Source: Candidatus Fervidifonticultor secundus
GTDB lineage: Bacteria; Sysuimicrobiota; Sysuimicrobiia; Sysuimicrobiales; Humicultoraceae
Direction of reading: 5' to 3'
Length of the DNA stretch: 64,000 bases
NCBI GenBank assembly: GCA_031459385.1
Contig: JAVKIP010000003.1
Coordinates: 64,001-128,000, forward strand
Positions 39,374-49,211 of this stretch are shown piece after piece (the stretch's first letter is position 1; every line of letters starts with the position of its first letter). The position numbers were made by a program, and so were the translations under genes. Below the pieces are notes generated by a model, which saw only the letters and a program-made list of their open reading frames with translations, was not told the origin of the DNA and searched no databases.

Positions 39374-40635
39374 CCGGGTGGCTCCGGCGCGGCGATCGCC
39401 AGCGTGTAAGCGTCGGTGGGGAACCGGCGCATGGCCGCCACGACGTCGTCGCGGGCGATCCCCTCGACGAGCGCCGGATACCGCTCGAGGTAATCGAGGC
39501 CGAGACCGTAGAGCTCGATCTCCGCCAGGGCCTGGGCGATGCCCTGGTTGGTCTCCAGCCGCACGGCCATCGACCCGACCAGGTAGCGCCGCGCGTCGGC
39601 CAGTTCCTCCTCGGTCGGGCCGTCGCCCGCCAGGCCGGCGATCTCGGTCAGAATGGCCTCCACCGCGCGCTCGAGGTTGGCCGGATTGACGCCCGCCCGC
39701 ACCCACCACGGCCCCGCCAGCAGGCCCGCGCGCAGGTCGCTGAAGGCGTAGTACGCGATGCCCTGCCGCTCACGCACGTGCTCGCCGATGCGGCCCATCA
39801 TGCCGAGCTGGCCGAGGAGCAGGTTCGCCATCATCGCGGCGTAGTAGCCGGGGGCGGTCCGGCTGATGCCGACGGTCCCCAGCACCAGGTCGGCCTGCGT
39901 CTTGCCCGGCAGGGTCACCTCCTGGCGCTGCGGCGCCGGGGGACGCGCCGGCTCGGGCACGGCCGGCAGCGCCCAGGGCGCGCCCGCCGGCCACGCCTCG
40001 AACCGCGCGGCCGCCAGGTCGGCAGTCCGTCCGGCGTCCACGTCGCCGACGATGGCAAGCGCCGTGGCCTGCGGGGTCACGTAGCTGCGGTGAAAGGCGT
40101 GCAGGTCCTGGGGCAGGAGCGCCGCCAGCACCGTCTCCTCGCCGTCCGGCGCCTGGCTGTGGGGATGCGCGGGCGGGAACGCCAGCCGCCGGAACAAACG
40201 CTCGGCGGCGTGCCGCGTGTCCAGGGCGTTCACCCGTGCCGCAGTGATCAGCTGCCCGCGCACCTTCTCCACCTCGTCCGGGGCATACGCAGGCGCCATC
40301 AGCACGTCAGCGGCCAGGTCCAGCCAGGTTCCCAGGTCGTCCGGAAGCGCCCGGCCGCCGATGGAGGTGGTCTCGAGGCCCGGCGCCACGACCAGCGTGG
40401 CCCCGAGGCCATCCAGTTCCTCTGCCAGTTGTCGTGCGGTGCGGCGGTGCGTGCCGTGCATCAGCGCCACCCCGGCGAGGCGTCCCAGCCCAGGGCGATC
40501 GCCGTCGAAGATCCCGCCCGCCCGGACGAACCCCGCCACGGCGACGGAGCCGCTGCCCGGCGTGGCGCGCACCAGCACCACCAGGCCGTTGCGCAGCACC
40601 ATCCGCCTGATCGTGGCGGCGGCAACCGGTATCAC
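39370..40635 (-). CDS. M16 family peptidase subunit, non-catalytic
   Basis: LRNGL, AGGIFD..PGL, no HxxEH, VRERQGIAYY; GTG overlaps the upstream stop. Confidence 0.88.
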   Translation of the reverse strand: MIPVAAATIRRMVLRNGLVVLVRATPGSGSVAVAGFVRAGGIFDGDRPGLGRLAGVALMHGTHRRTARQLAEELDGLGATLVVAPGLETTSIGGRALPDDLGTWLDLAADVLMAPAYAPDEVEKVRGQLITAARVNALDTRHAAERLFRRLAFPPAHPHSQAPDGEETVLAALLPQDLHAFHRSYVTPQATALAIVGDVDAGRTADLAAARFEAWPAGAPWALPAVPEPARPPAPQRQEVTLPGKTQADLVLGTVGISRTAPGYYAAMMANLLLGQLGMMGRIGEHVRERQGIAYYAFSDLRAGLLAGPWWVRAGVNPANLERAVEAILTEIAGLAGDGPTEEELADARRYLVGSMAVRLETNQGIAQALAEIELYGLGLDYLERYPALVEGIARDDVVAAMRRFPTDAYTLAIAAPEPPG

Positions 40636-41945
40636 GCCGCCGCCTGGCGCGCGACGCCGGCGTCGGGCAGGTACCAGCCGACGGTGCGCCGCAGCGGCGT
40701 CAGGTACACCCGGGCCACGCGCACGACGTCGTCTGCCGTGGCACGGGCCACGCCCTGGGCGATAGCCGCGAGCCGCTCCGGCCGGTCCACGATCGCGTAC
40801 GCGCCCAGCGCCAGCGCCCGGCGGAAGACGCCGTCCCGGAGGTAGACGAACTGGGCCTGCGCCTGGCGCTGGACGCGTGCCATCTCCCCGGCAGACGGCG
40901 GATGGGTCTGCAGCCTGCGTAGCTCGGCCTCCACCGCGGCCTCGACGGCGGCGGGCTCCACCCCCGTCCGGACCGTGACGCTGATGCGCAACAGCGTGGG
41001 TTCGATGCTGGGGGTCAATCCCGAGCTGACCTCGGTCGCGAGCCCGCGGTCCACCAGGGCCCGGTACAGGCGGCTGCTGCGCCCGCCCGCGTTGCCATCG
41101 AAGGGCACGGCGCTCTTGAAGCCCGACAGCACGCCGTCCAGCACCATCAGCGCGGGCAGGTCGGGGTGGTCGGCGGCCGGCACGTGGAAGGCCATCTGCA
41201 GGTACGCGGTCGCACCCCCGGGCCGGCGCAGGGTGACGCGCCGCTCGCCCTCCTGGGCGGGCTCGGATGACCGCACGGGCGGGGGCGGCGGCCCCGGCGG
41301 GAGGGGGCCAAACGCCTCGGCGACCATGGCCTGTGCGTGTGCAACGTCCACGTCGCCCACCAGCACCGCCAGCGCGTTGCCCGGATGGTAGTACGTGCGG
41401 TAGTGCGCGTACAACTCGTCCCGCGTCATCGCCAGCAGGTCGGCCTTCCATCCGATGACCGGCTGCCGGTAGGGATGGACCTTGAACGCCAGCGCTTCCA
41501 CCTCTTCCCGCAGGGAATAGGTGGGAAAGTTCTCCTGCCCCTCGCGCTCGGCGACGATCACCGTGCGCTCGGCCGCCACCACCTCGGGATCGAACAGCGT
41601 GTTGACCATGCGGTCGGCCTCAAGGCGCACCGCCGTCTCGATGTGGGCAGCCGGCAACACCTCGAAGTACGCGGTGTAGTCCTTCCACGTGAAGGCGTTC
41701 CACCGCCCGCCCAGCCGGTCGATCAGCCGGGTCAGCGTCCCGGCGGGATGGGCCGGCGTGCCCTTGAAGAGCATGTGCTCCACCCAGTGGGAGATCCCGG
41801 TGCGCCCGGGGGTCTCGTTGCGGCTGCCGACGCGGTACCAGACCCAGAACGTGGCCACCGGCGCGGTCCGCACCTCCTGCGCGAGCAGACGGAGGCCGTT
41901 GGGCAATGTAGTGACGGCGACATCGTGCATCGGTTCACGCTCCAT
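40632..41945 (-). CDS. M16 family zinc peptidase, catalytic subunit
   Basis: LPNGL, WYRVGSRNE, GISHWVEHMLFKGT (HxxEH), NAFTWKDYTAY, HPYRQPVIGW, YYHPGN. Confidence 0.94.
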   Translation of the reverse strand: MEREPMHDVAVTTLPNGLRLLAQEVRTAPVATFWVWYRVGSRNETPGRTGISHWVEHMLFKGTPAHPAGTLTRLIDRLGGRWNAFTWKDYTAYFEVLPAAHIETAVRLEADRMVNTLFDPEVVAAERTVIVAEREGQENFPTYSLREEVEALAFKVHPYRQPVIGWKADLLAMTRDELYAHYRTYYHPGNALAVLVGDVDVAHAQAMVAEAFGPLPPGPPPPPVRSSEPAQEGERRVTLRRPGGATAYLQMAFHVPAADHPDLPALMVLDGVLSGFKSAVPFDGNAGGRSSRLYRALVDRGLATEVSSGLTPSIEPTLLRISVTVRTGVEPAAVEAAVEAELRRLQTHPPSAGEMARVQRQAQAQFVYLRDGVFRRALALGAYAIVDRPERLAAIAQGVARATADDVVRVARVYLTPLRRTVGWYLPDAGVARQAAA

Positions 41946-42079
41946 GTACCTTCGCGGCCCGTGGGCGCCGGCCGCGCAAGACCCGGTAGATTTCGGTCCA
42001 CTCCCAGGGAGCCCCTGCCCGGGATCCCGACCCGGCGGTGCCGAGGAATCGCCCACGGGCGTTCCGTATTCCCGATGCG

Positions 42080-42886
42080 ATGCAGACGCTGCGCGCAGCC
42101 GCCGTGGATCGCTACCGCCGCGGGCTCCTGCGGCGCTACCGGATCCGCACGCGCCGCCAGGCCCTCCGCTTCATCGAGGCCCTGGGCTTCTGCTACGCCT
42201 TCACCGCGGGGCCCGGCGCGATCCCGGGGCTGTTCGACGTGCTGGCGACCCGGAGCAGCGACCGCATGTGGACCTGGGCCTGGCAGTGGAAGGACGAGCT
42301 GGTCGCGCGCCGGGAGGTCCACTACGGCAAGGTGCTGCGGCGGAAACCGGCCTACGTCTCGCTGGCGCTGCTGCCGGCGTTCTACGCCCTCTCCGGCAAC
42401 GTCGGCGAGCCTGACGATCACCTCCAGCACTTCCGGGAGGGCCGCCTGAGCCTGCTGGCGCGCGCGCTCTACGAGGCGATCCTGGCCGACGGGCCGCTGT
42501 CCACGTGGGCGCTCCGGCGGCGCTTCGTCGCCCGCGCGGAGAGCGGGACGCGCTTCCACCGCGCCCTGGACGACCTGCAGGCACTGCTCCTCATCGCCAA
42601 GGTCGGCGAGGAGGAACAGTGGCGGGGCGGCTTCCGCTGGGACGCGTTCCACCGCTGGCAGCCCGGGGCAGTGCGCGCAGCCGCCCGGCTCTCCGCCGAG
42701 GATGCCGCCGCGCGAATCCTCGATCGCTACGTGCGCATCGTGGGCGCAGCCACGCCACCCGCCATCGCCCAGGCCTTCGGCTGGACCCCTGGGCTGGTCG
42801 AGCGCGCAGCCGCGCGGGTGCGCCTGGCGCCCGTCGTCGTCGACGGCCAGCCGTGCTGGACACAGCAGGAGCTCTGGGGCCAGTAG
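42080..42886 (+). CDS. AlkZ/YcaQ-related winged-helix protein (putative DNA glycosylase-like)
   Basis: ALRFIEALGFC, WQWKDEL, YGKVLRRKPAYVS, wHTH-like GPLSTWALRR...LDDLQ, TPPAIAQAFGW; directly upstream of dinB. Confidence 0.6.
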   Translation: MQTLRAAAVDRYRRGLLRRYRIRTRRQALRFIEALGFCYAFTAGPGAIPGLFDVLATRSSDRMWTWAWQWKDELVARREVHYGKVLRRKPAYVSLALLPAFYALSGNVGEPDDHLQHFREGRLSLLARALYEAILADGPLSTWALRRRFVARAESGTRFHRALDDLQALLLIAKVGEEEQWRGGFRWDAFHRWQPGAVRAAARLSAEDAAARILDRYVRIVGAATPPAIAQAFGWTPGLVERAAARVRLAPVVVDGQPCWTQQELWGQ

Positions 42887-42921
42887 GGAGATAGACCCGA
42901 ACACCGCGAAACAGCCCCGCG

Positions 42922-44037
42922 ATGGCGCCGGCGGCCCGCACCATCCTGCACGTGGACATGGACGCCTTCTTCGCAGCCGTGGAACAGTTGCGCAGACCTG
43001 AGCTGCGGGGGACGCCCGTGGTGGTCGGGGGACGCGGCGACCCGCGCCAGCGCGGTGTCGTTTCCACGGCGTCGTACGAGGCCAGGCCGTACGGCATCCG
43101 GTCCGGCATGCCGCTGCGCACCGCCTACCGACTGTGCCCGCACGCGGTCTTCCTGCCCGTGGACGTCGCCGCCTACCGCGCCGTCGCGGCGCGGTTTCAC
43201 GCCATCCTGCGCGAGACTGGAGCCCGCGTCGAGCCGCTGGGCCTCGACGAGGCGTTTCTGGACTGCACCGGGCTGCCAGATGCCGGGGAGGTCATCGCCC
43301 GGCGGATCAAGGAACGCATCAGGAGGGAGCTGCAGCTCACGGCCTCGGTCGGCGTAGGCCCGAACAAGCTGCTGGCCAAGATCGCCTCGGGCCTGCACAA
43401 GCCCGACGGCCTGACCGTCATCGACCAGAACGACGTGCCAGCGCGGCTGGGGCCGCTGCCGGTCACGGCGCTGCCGGGCGTGGGGCCCAAGACCGCCGCG
43501 GCCCTGGCCGAGCGGTTCCAGGTGCGAACCGTGGCCGACCTGGCCGCGCTGCCGCTGGGGGCCCTGCAGGACGCGTTCGGGCCCCACCACGGCCGCTCCC
43601 TGTACGAGATGGCGCGCGGTCAGGACGAGAGCCCGGTGGTCACCGACTGGGCGCCGCGCTCGGTGAGCCGCGAGCGCACGTTTCAGGTCGACCTGCGCCG
43701 GCCCGAGACGATCCGCCGCGCCATTGCGGCCCTGGCCCGACAGGTGGCCGACGATCTCCGCACCGAGGCCTACCGCGCGGCCACGGTGACGCTCAAGGTG
43801 CGGTTCGACACGTTCCGCACGCTCACGCGATCGCGCACCCTGGCCGCGCCCACCGACGACCCCGCCGTGCTGGGCCGTACGGCGCTGGACCTGCTCGCGC
43901 GGGTGACCGTCGACCGGCCCGTGCGGCTGCTGGGCGTGCGGGCCGCGAAGCTCACCCCTTCCGGCGCCGCGCCTGCCGGCGACGCCACGGCGCCGCAGCA
44001 ACGGCTACCCCTCCCGCCGGTCAGGTCAGGCTCCTGA
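42922..44037 (+). CDS. dinB: DNA polymerase IV (Y family)
   Basis: ILHVDMDAFFAAVE, STASYEARPYGIRSGMP, GLDEAFLD, NKLLAKIAS..KPDG, GVG, VRLLGV. Confidence 0.96.
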   Translation: MAPAARTILHVDMDAFFAAVEQLRRPELRGTPVVVGGRGDPRQRGVVSTASYEARPYGIRSGMPLRTAYRLCPHAVFLPVDVAAYRAVAARFHAILRETGARVEPLGLDEAFLDCTGLPDAGEVIARRIKERIRRELQLTASVGVGPNKLLAKIASGLHKPDGLTVIDQNDVPARLGPLPVTALPGVGPKTAAALAERFQVRTVADLAALPLGALQDAFGPHHGRSLYEMARGQDESPVVTDWAPRSVSRERTFQVDLRRPETIRRAIAALARQVADDLRTEAYRAATVTLKVRFDTFRTLTRSRTLAAPTDDPAVLGRTALDLLARVTVDRPVRLLGVRAAKLTPSGAAPAGDATAPQQRLPLPPVRSGS

Positions 44038-44494
44038 CGGCGTCTTCCACCGCCGCGTAGTCGGGCTCGGTGCCCTGGGCGGGCGCGACCCACTTCCACC
44101 GCACCACGCCGGTGCGGTCGACCACGAACACCGACCGCCACGCCACGCCCGGCAACAGCCCTCCCCAGAAGTTCGGGTCCTCGACGCCGAACGCCTTGAC
44201 CGCCTGGCGGTTGAAGTCGGACAGCAGCGTGAAGGTCAGCCCGTGCTGGTCGGCAAAGGCCTTCTGCGCCAGCGGCGAATCGACGCTGATGCCCACCACC
44301 TGCGCGTCCAGCGCATTGAACGTCGCCAGACTGTCGCGGACGGCGCACATCTCTTTGGTACACGTGCTGGTGAACGCCCCGGGGAAGAAGAGTAGCACGG
44401 TGGGCTTCCCCAGCAACGCGCGGAGGTTGACCGCCTTGCGATCGGCGCTGACCAGCGTGACGTCCGGTATGGCCTGCCCCACCTCGACTGCCAC
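44021..44494 (-). CDS. Peroxiredoxin (AhpC/TSA, PrxQ/BCP-like)
   Basis: FFPGAFTSTCTKEMC, GISVDS, LLSDFN, RSVFVVD; GGAGG RBS before GTG 44494. Confidence 0.92.
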   Translation of the reverse strand: MAVEVGQAIPDVTLVSADRKAVNLRALLGKPTVLLFFPGAFTSTCTKEMCAVRDSLATFNALDAQVVGISVDSPLAQKAFADQHGLTFTLLSDFNRQAVKAFGVEDPNFWGGLLPGVAWRSVFVVDRTGVVRWKWVAPAQGTEPDYAAVEDAVRSLT

Positions 44495-44733
44495 TTGCGA
44501 CACCTCCGATCCTGTGGCTCGACGGGTCGATACGGCGGAGAACGGCTCGCAGTGATTCACTATGGGAAAGCGGCCCGAGCCCGTCAAGTGCCGGCCGGCG
44601 GCGTGGCAGGAATCGACCCTCGCGCGCCCCAATAAGGATACCGCGCCGTGCCGGATCCCGTCACGTCTTCGCCGCGCGGCTGGCCACGCCGGCTCTGTAC
44701 GTCGCCGACCACCGGCCTTGACAGGAGGACCAC

Positions 44734-45870
44734 ATGCTCGGTCGCAGCTACCGCCTGCCGTTCCGGCTGCTGGGCATCCCGCTGCGCCTCGATCCGACGT
44801 TCCTGATCGTCCTGCCGCTGCTGGCCTGGCTCATCGGCAGCCGCGTCAGCGTCTACGTCCGGATGTTCCGCCTGCCCGTGGACTCTGCGGCCCTGGAGCA
44901 GGGCGTCATGCCCTACGTGCTGGGGTTGGTGGCTGCGGTGGGCCTGTTCGCCAGCGTGCTCGTCCACGAACTGGGTCATGCCGTCGTGGGCCGCGCCTAT
45001 CACGCACGGGTGCGCAGCATCACCCTGTGGCTGCTGGGGGGCATGGCGCAGTTCGACGAGATCCCGCGCCGGCACGGCGCCGAGGCGGTCATCGCCGCCG
45101 CCGGCCCGGCCACCAGCCTGCTCGTCGCGGCCGCCTGCCGGCTGGTGGCGGCGCTCCTCCCGCGGGATGCGGCCGCCGGGCAGTTCGTCGTCGGCTACCT
45201 GACCTACACCAACGTCGCCCTGGCGATCTTCAACCTCCTTCCGGCGTTGCCGCTGGACGGGGGTCGCATCCTGCGGTCGCTGCTGGGCCTGCGCCTGCCG
45301 CACCTGCGGGCCACCCAGGTGGCCGCCGCCATGAGCCGCGGGCTGGCGGTGGCCCTGGGCCTGTTCGGCTTCCTGAGCGGCAACCTGTTCCTGCTGCTGG
45401 TCGCCTTCTTCATCTACGTGGCCGTCGCAGGAGAGACCCAGCACGCGCTGATCGCCGAGATGCTGCAGGACGTGCCGGTGGCGGACGTCATGACGCGCGA
45501 GGTCCGGACCGTGGCCGCCGACATGCGCGTCGCCGACCTGCTCCAGCAGATGCTGCGCGAGCGCCACCTCGGCTATCCCGTCGTCGACCGGGCCGGCCAC
45601 CTGGTGGGCATGGTGGACCTGGCCGACCTGCAGGGCACGACGCCGGAGGCCCGGGTCGAGCAGGTCATGTCCCACGAGATCGGGACGATCGCCCCGACGG
45701 CGACGGCCCTCGACGCGTTCCTGCGGATGAGCCGGCGGAACTTCGGGCGGCTGGTCGTCGTCGGCCGGGACCGGGAACTCGTCGGCATCCTCAGCAAGAC
45801 CGACCTCATCCGGGCGATTCAGATCCGCCTGATCGTGGCGGGGATGCCGGCCGAGCCGGCGGCGGGCTGA
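44734..45870 (+). CDS. Site-2 protease (M50) with tandem CBS domains
   Basis: HELGH, GGMA, AGP, FNLLPALPLDGGRI, VADVMTREV and CBS repeats; AGGAGG RBS. Confidence 0.94.
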   Translation: MLGRSYRLPFRLLGIPLRLDPTFLIVLPLLAWLIGSRVSVYVRMFRLPVDSAALEQGVMPYVLGLVAAVGLFASVLVHELGHAVVGRAYHARVRSITLWLLGGMAQFDEIPRRHGAEAVIAAAGPATSLLVAAACRLVAALLPRDAAAGQFVVGYLTYTNVALAIFNLLPALPLDGGRILRSLLGLRLPHLRATQVAAAMSRGLAVALGLFGFLSGNLFLLLVAFFIYVAVAGETQHALIAEMLQDVPVADVMTREVRTVAADMRVADLLQQMLRERHLGYPVVDRAGHLVGMVDLADLQGTTPEARVEQVMSHEIGTIAPTATALDAFLRMSRRNFGRLVVVGRDRELVGILSKTDLIRAIQIRLIVAGMPAEPAAG

Positions 45871-45914
45871 GCGCGGGCAAGGAACGGGTCGCGGCCGGCC
45901 GAACCTCCCCTGCG

Positions 45915-46889
45915 ATGCCTGCGGCCGTACCGTTCCGTGTCACGGTCCTGCGCGACGGCGAGATCATCGTCGATCCGCCCGAACCCCTGGACGTCCTGGC
46001 ACGCCGGGACGGGCAGGTGCTGTGGATCGACGGCACCAGCCCTGCGCCCGAGGCGCTGGCGCCCCTGGCGGCGCTCTTCGACTTGCACCCGCTGGCAGTC
46101 GAGGATGCCCTCAAGCGTCGCCAGCGGCCGAAGGTCGAGGACTACGAGCGGTACCTCTTCATCACCACCCACGCGGCCCGCCTCCGCGCCCACGCCGTCG
46201 CCCTGGATGAGATCGACGTCTTCTTCGGCCGCGGGTTCGTCATCACGGTGCACGACGGCGCCGCGCCGGTGCTGGAGGAGGTACGGCGGCGGCTGGCCCA
46301 GGCTCCGGCGGAGCTGCGCAGTGCCGACGGCTACCTGCTCTACGTTCTGCTGGATACGGCCGTCGATACGTTCTTCCCGGTCCTGGACTCGCTGGATGCC
46401 TCCACGGAGCGTTTGGAGGACACCCTCTTCACCCGGCCGGGCCCGAAGACCATGGACCGGCTCTTCCAGGCCAAACGGGCGCTGCTCCACCTGCGCCGCG
46501 TGGCCGCGCCGCAGCGGGACGCGATGAACGTCCTCCTGCGCCACGACCTGCCGCTGGTGGCGCCGGCGCTGCGGGCGTACTTCCGCGATGTGTACGACCA
46601 CCTGGTGCGCATCACCGAGCAGATCGACACGCACCGGGACCTGCTGGCGGGCGCGCTGGATGTCTACCTCAGCCTGACCAGCAACCGCCTCAACGAGGTC
46701 ATGAAGGTCCTGACGGTGATCACGGCGGTGTTCGCGTCGCTGGCGGTGATCTCGGGCATCTATGGCATGAACTTCCAGCGCGCCTATCCGCCCTTCGACT
46801 GGCCCTGGGGGTTCCCGGCCGCCCTGGGCCTCATGGCGGCAAGTGTTATCATCATGCTGGCGTTGTTCCGGCGCTTGCGATGGCTCTGA
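45915..46889 (+). CDS. corA: Magnesium/cobalt transporter CorA
   Basis: [38 protein letters not shown] (GMN). Confidence 0.95.
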   Translation: MPAAVPFRVTVLRDGEIIVDPPEPLDVLARRDGQVLWIDGTSPAPEALAPLAALFDLHPLAVEDALKRRQRPKVEDYERYLFITTHAARLRAHAVALDEIDVFFGRGFVITVHDGAAPVLEEVRRRLAQAPAELRSADGYLLYVLLDTAVDTFFPVLDSLDASTERLEDTLFTRPGPKTMDRLFQAKRALLHLRRVAAPQRDAMNVLLRHDLPLVAPALRAYFRDVYDHLVRITEQIDTHRDLLAGALDVYLSLTSNRLNEVMKVLTVITAVFASLAVISGIYGMNFQRAYPPFDWPWGFPAALGLMAASVIIMLALFRRLRWL

Positions 46890-48277
46890 GCGACGGCCCT
46901 CACGCGCTCCCGGCGACCCGACCCGGCGGGTTCGGCTACGTGACGCCCGAGAACGTGGCGTTGCTGGTCGACCTCTACGAGCTCACCATGGCCGACAGCT
47001 ACCTGCGCCACGGCATGAACGACCGGGCCACGTTCGACCTCTTCGTCCGGGCACTGCCGCCCAACCGGGCGTTCCTGGTCAGCGCCGGCCTGGACGGGGT
47101 GCTGGCCTACCTGGAGGGCCTGCGCTTCTCGGACGACGCCATCGGCTACCTGCGCGGCCTGCACCTGTTCAGCGACGCCTTCCTGGACTACCTGCGGGCG
47201 TTCCGCTTCACCGGCGATGTGCGGGCGATCCCGGAAGGCGAGATCTTCTTCCCGCCCGAGCCGATCCTGGAGGTCACGGCCCCGCGCATCGAGGCGCAGG
47301 TCATCGAGACGTTCCTGCTGAACGCCACCAACGTCCAGGTCATGGTGGCCAGCAAGGCGGCGCGGGTGGTGCTGGCCGCGCGCGGCCGCGCCGTGGCCGA
47401 CTTCTCGCCCCGCCGCGACCACGGGACGGACGCTGCGTTGAAGGCGGCGCGGGCTGCCTACCTGGCGGGCTGCACCAGCACCTCCAACGTCCTGGCCGGC
47501 ATGGTCTACGGCATCCCGGTCACGGGCACCATGGCCCATTCCTACGTCATGTCCTTCTCGGACGAACTGACGGCCTTCCGGGCCTTCGCGCGGGACTTCC
47601 CGCACAACACCGTGCTGTTGATCGACACCTACGACACCATGCAGGGGGTGGCCAACGCCATTATCGTGGCCGGGGAGATGGCCGCGCGCGGCAGCCGGCT
47701 GCGCGGAGTGCGCATCGACAGCGGTGACCTGGTGGCGCAGAGCCGGGCCGTGCGGGCCGCGCTGGACGCCGCGGGGCTGCGCGAGGTGCAGATCATCCTC
47801 ACCGGCGATCTCAACGAGTACCGGATCGCCGAGCTGCTGGACCAGGGCGCGGCCGCCGACGCCTTCGGGGTCGGCACCGAGCTCGGCACCTCGGCGGACG
47901 CCCCGAGCCTGGGCGGCGTGTACAAGCTGGTAGAGGACGAGAAGGGCTTTCGGATCAAGCTGAGCACTGGGAAGGCCACGCTGCCGGGCCGCAAGCAGGT
48001 GTGGCGGAAGCTGGACGCCGACGGGCAGCCCATCGCCGATGTCATCGCGCTGCACGACGAGCCTCCGCCACCGGAGCACACGCCGCTGCTGGTGCCGGTG
48101 ATGCAGGGCGGGCGGCGGCTGTGGGCCGAACCGCTGGCGGCGATCCGGCAGCGGTGCACCCAGCGTCTGGCCACGCTGCCCGAGGAGCTGCGGAGCCTGG
48201 AGGACGCGATGCGCTACCCGGTGGCGGCGAGCGCGGCGCTGCTGGAACTGCGCGATCGCATGTGGCGCCAGGGCTAG
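46880..48277 (+). CDS. pncB: Nicotinate phosphoribosyltransferase
   Basis: [57 protein letters not shown]. Confidence 0.96.
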   Translation: MALSDGPHALPATRPGGFGYVTPENVALLVDLYELTMADSYLRHGMNDRATFDLFVRALPPNRAFLVSAGLDGVLAYLEGLRFSDDAIGYLRGLHLFSDAFLDYLRAFRFTGDVRAIPEGEIFFPPEPILEVTAPRIEAQVIETFLLNATNVQVMVASKAARVVLAARGRAVADFSPRRDHGTDAALKAARAAYLAGCTSTSNVLAGMVYGIPVTGTMAHSYVMSFSDELTAFRAFARDFPHNTVLLIDTYDTMQGVANAIIVAGEMAARGSRLRGVRIDSGDLVAQSRAVRAALDAAGLREVQIILTGDLNEYRIAELLDQGAAADAFGVGTELGTSADAPSLGGVYKLVEDEKGFRIKLSTGKATLPGRKQVWRKLDADGQPIADVIALHDEPPPPEHTPLLVPVMQGGRRLWAEPLAAIRQRCTQRLATLPEELRSLEDAMRYPVAASAALLELRDRMWRQG

Positions 48278-48377
48278 CCGGCCTCGACGCGCTCCAGCAC
48301 CCGCACCATCGGTCGGGCGGGCGGCTCGCGCCCCACGCAGGAACAGCCCGCGGCGAACCCGTACTTAGCGGAGAGCC

Positions 48378-49211
48378 GTGGCCGACGTCACCATCGCACC
48401 GCTCAAGGAGCCCGCAGCGCTCCGGCAGGTCGAGGATCTCCAGATGCAGATCTGGGGGATGCCCGAACGCGAGGTCGTGCCCGTGCACCAGCTGGTGGCC
48501 GCCGTCGGCGCCGGCGGCGTCGTGCTGGGCGCCTTCGAGGCGGACGGGACGCTGGTGGGGTTCTGCTACGGGTTCCCGGCCTGGCGGGAGGGCCGGCCCC
48601 TCTTCTACTCGCACATGGCCGGGGTGGTGGGAGGCCGGCAGCTGCAGGACATCGGCTTCCGGTTGAAGCTGGCGCAGCGGCAGGCGGCGCTGGATGCCGG
48701 CTTCGACCACATGGTCTGGACCTACGACCCGCTGCAGAGCGTCAACGCCCGCTTCAACCTGCACAAGCTGGGCGTGACCGCGCAGCGCTACTTCGTCAAC
48801 TACTACGGCGAGATGCCCGATCAGCTGAACCGTGGCCTGGAGAGCGACCGCTTCGAGGTCGACTGGGCGCTGCGGTCGCCCCGGGTCGAGGCCGCCGCCG
48901 CTGGCCGGCCGGTGGAGCGCGACTGGGGCGACGCGCCGCGCGCCCTGGAGGCCGTGCCGCACCCGGCGGGCGTCGCGCCGCGCGCGCCGGCGCTGGACCT
49001 GGCGGCGCCGGTGCTCTTCGTCGAGATCCCCACCGACTTCACCGCGGTCCGGAGCCGGGACCGCGGGCTGGCGCAGGCCTGGCGGCTGGCCACGCGCCAG
49101 GTCTTCCCGCACTATTTCGCCCGCGGGTACCGGGCGGTCGACTTCCTCCTGCGCCCGGACGACCGGCTCCGCGGCGACTATGTGTTGGTCGGAGGCGCCC
49201 ATGCGGATTGA
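48378..49211 (+). CDS. GNAT-family acyltransferase (putative D-amino-acid N-succinyltransferase)
   Basis: GGVVLGAF, FYSHMAGV, WTYDPLQSVNARFNLHKLG, NYYGEM, SDRF; overlaps the downstream NSAR gene. Confidence 0.85.
   Translation: MADVTIAPLKEPAALRQVEDLQMQIWGMPEREVVPVHQLVAAVGAGGVVLGAFEADGTLVGFCYGFPAWREGRPLFYSHMAGVVGGRQLQDIGFRLKLAQRQAALDAGFDHMVWTYDPLQSVNARFNLHKLGVTAQRYFVNYYGEMPDQLNRGLESDRFEVDWALRSPRVEAAAAGRPVERDWGDAPRALEAVPHPAGVAPRAPALDLAAPVLFVEIPTDFTAVRSRDRGLAQAWRLATRQVFPHYFARGYRAVDFLLRPDDRLRGDYVLVGGAHAD

Noticed and set aside
44590..44730. Possible riboswitch in the leader of the M50-corA-pncB genes (GGCGTGGC/GCCACGCC pairing)
   Set aside because: I could not recognise M-box, yybP-ykoY or NAD riboswitch consensus, and GC-rich pairing is expected by chance. 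A Rfam scan would settle it.
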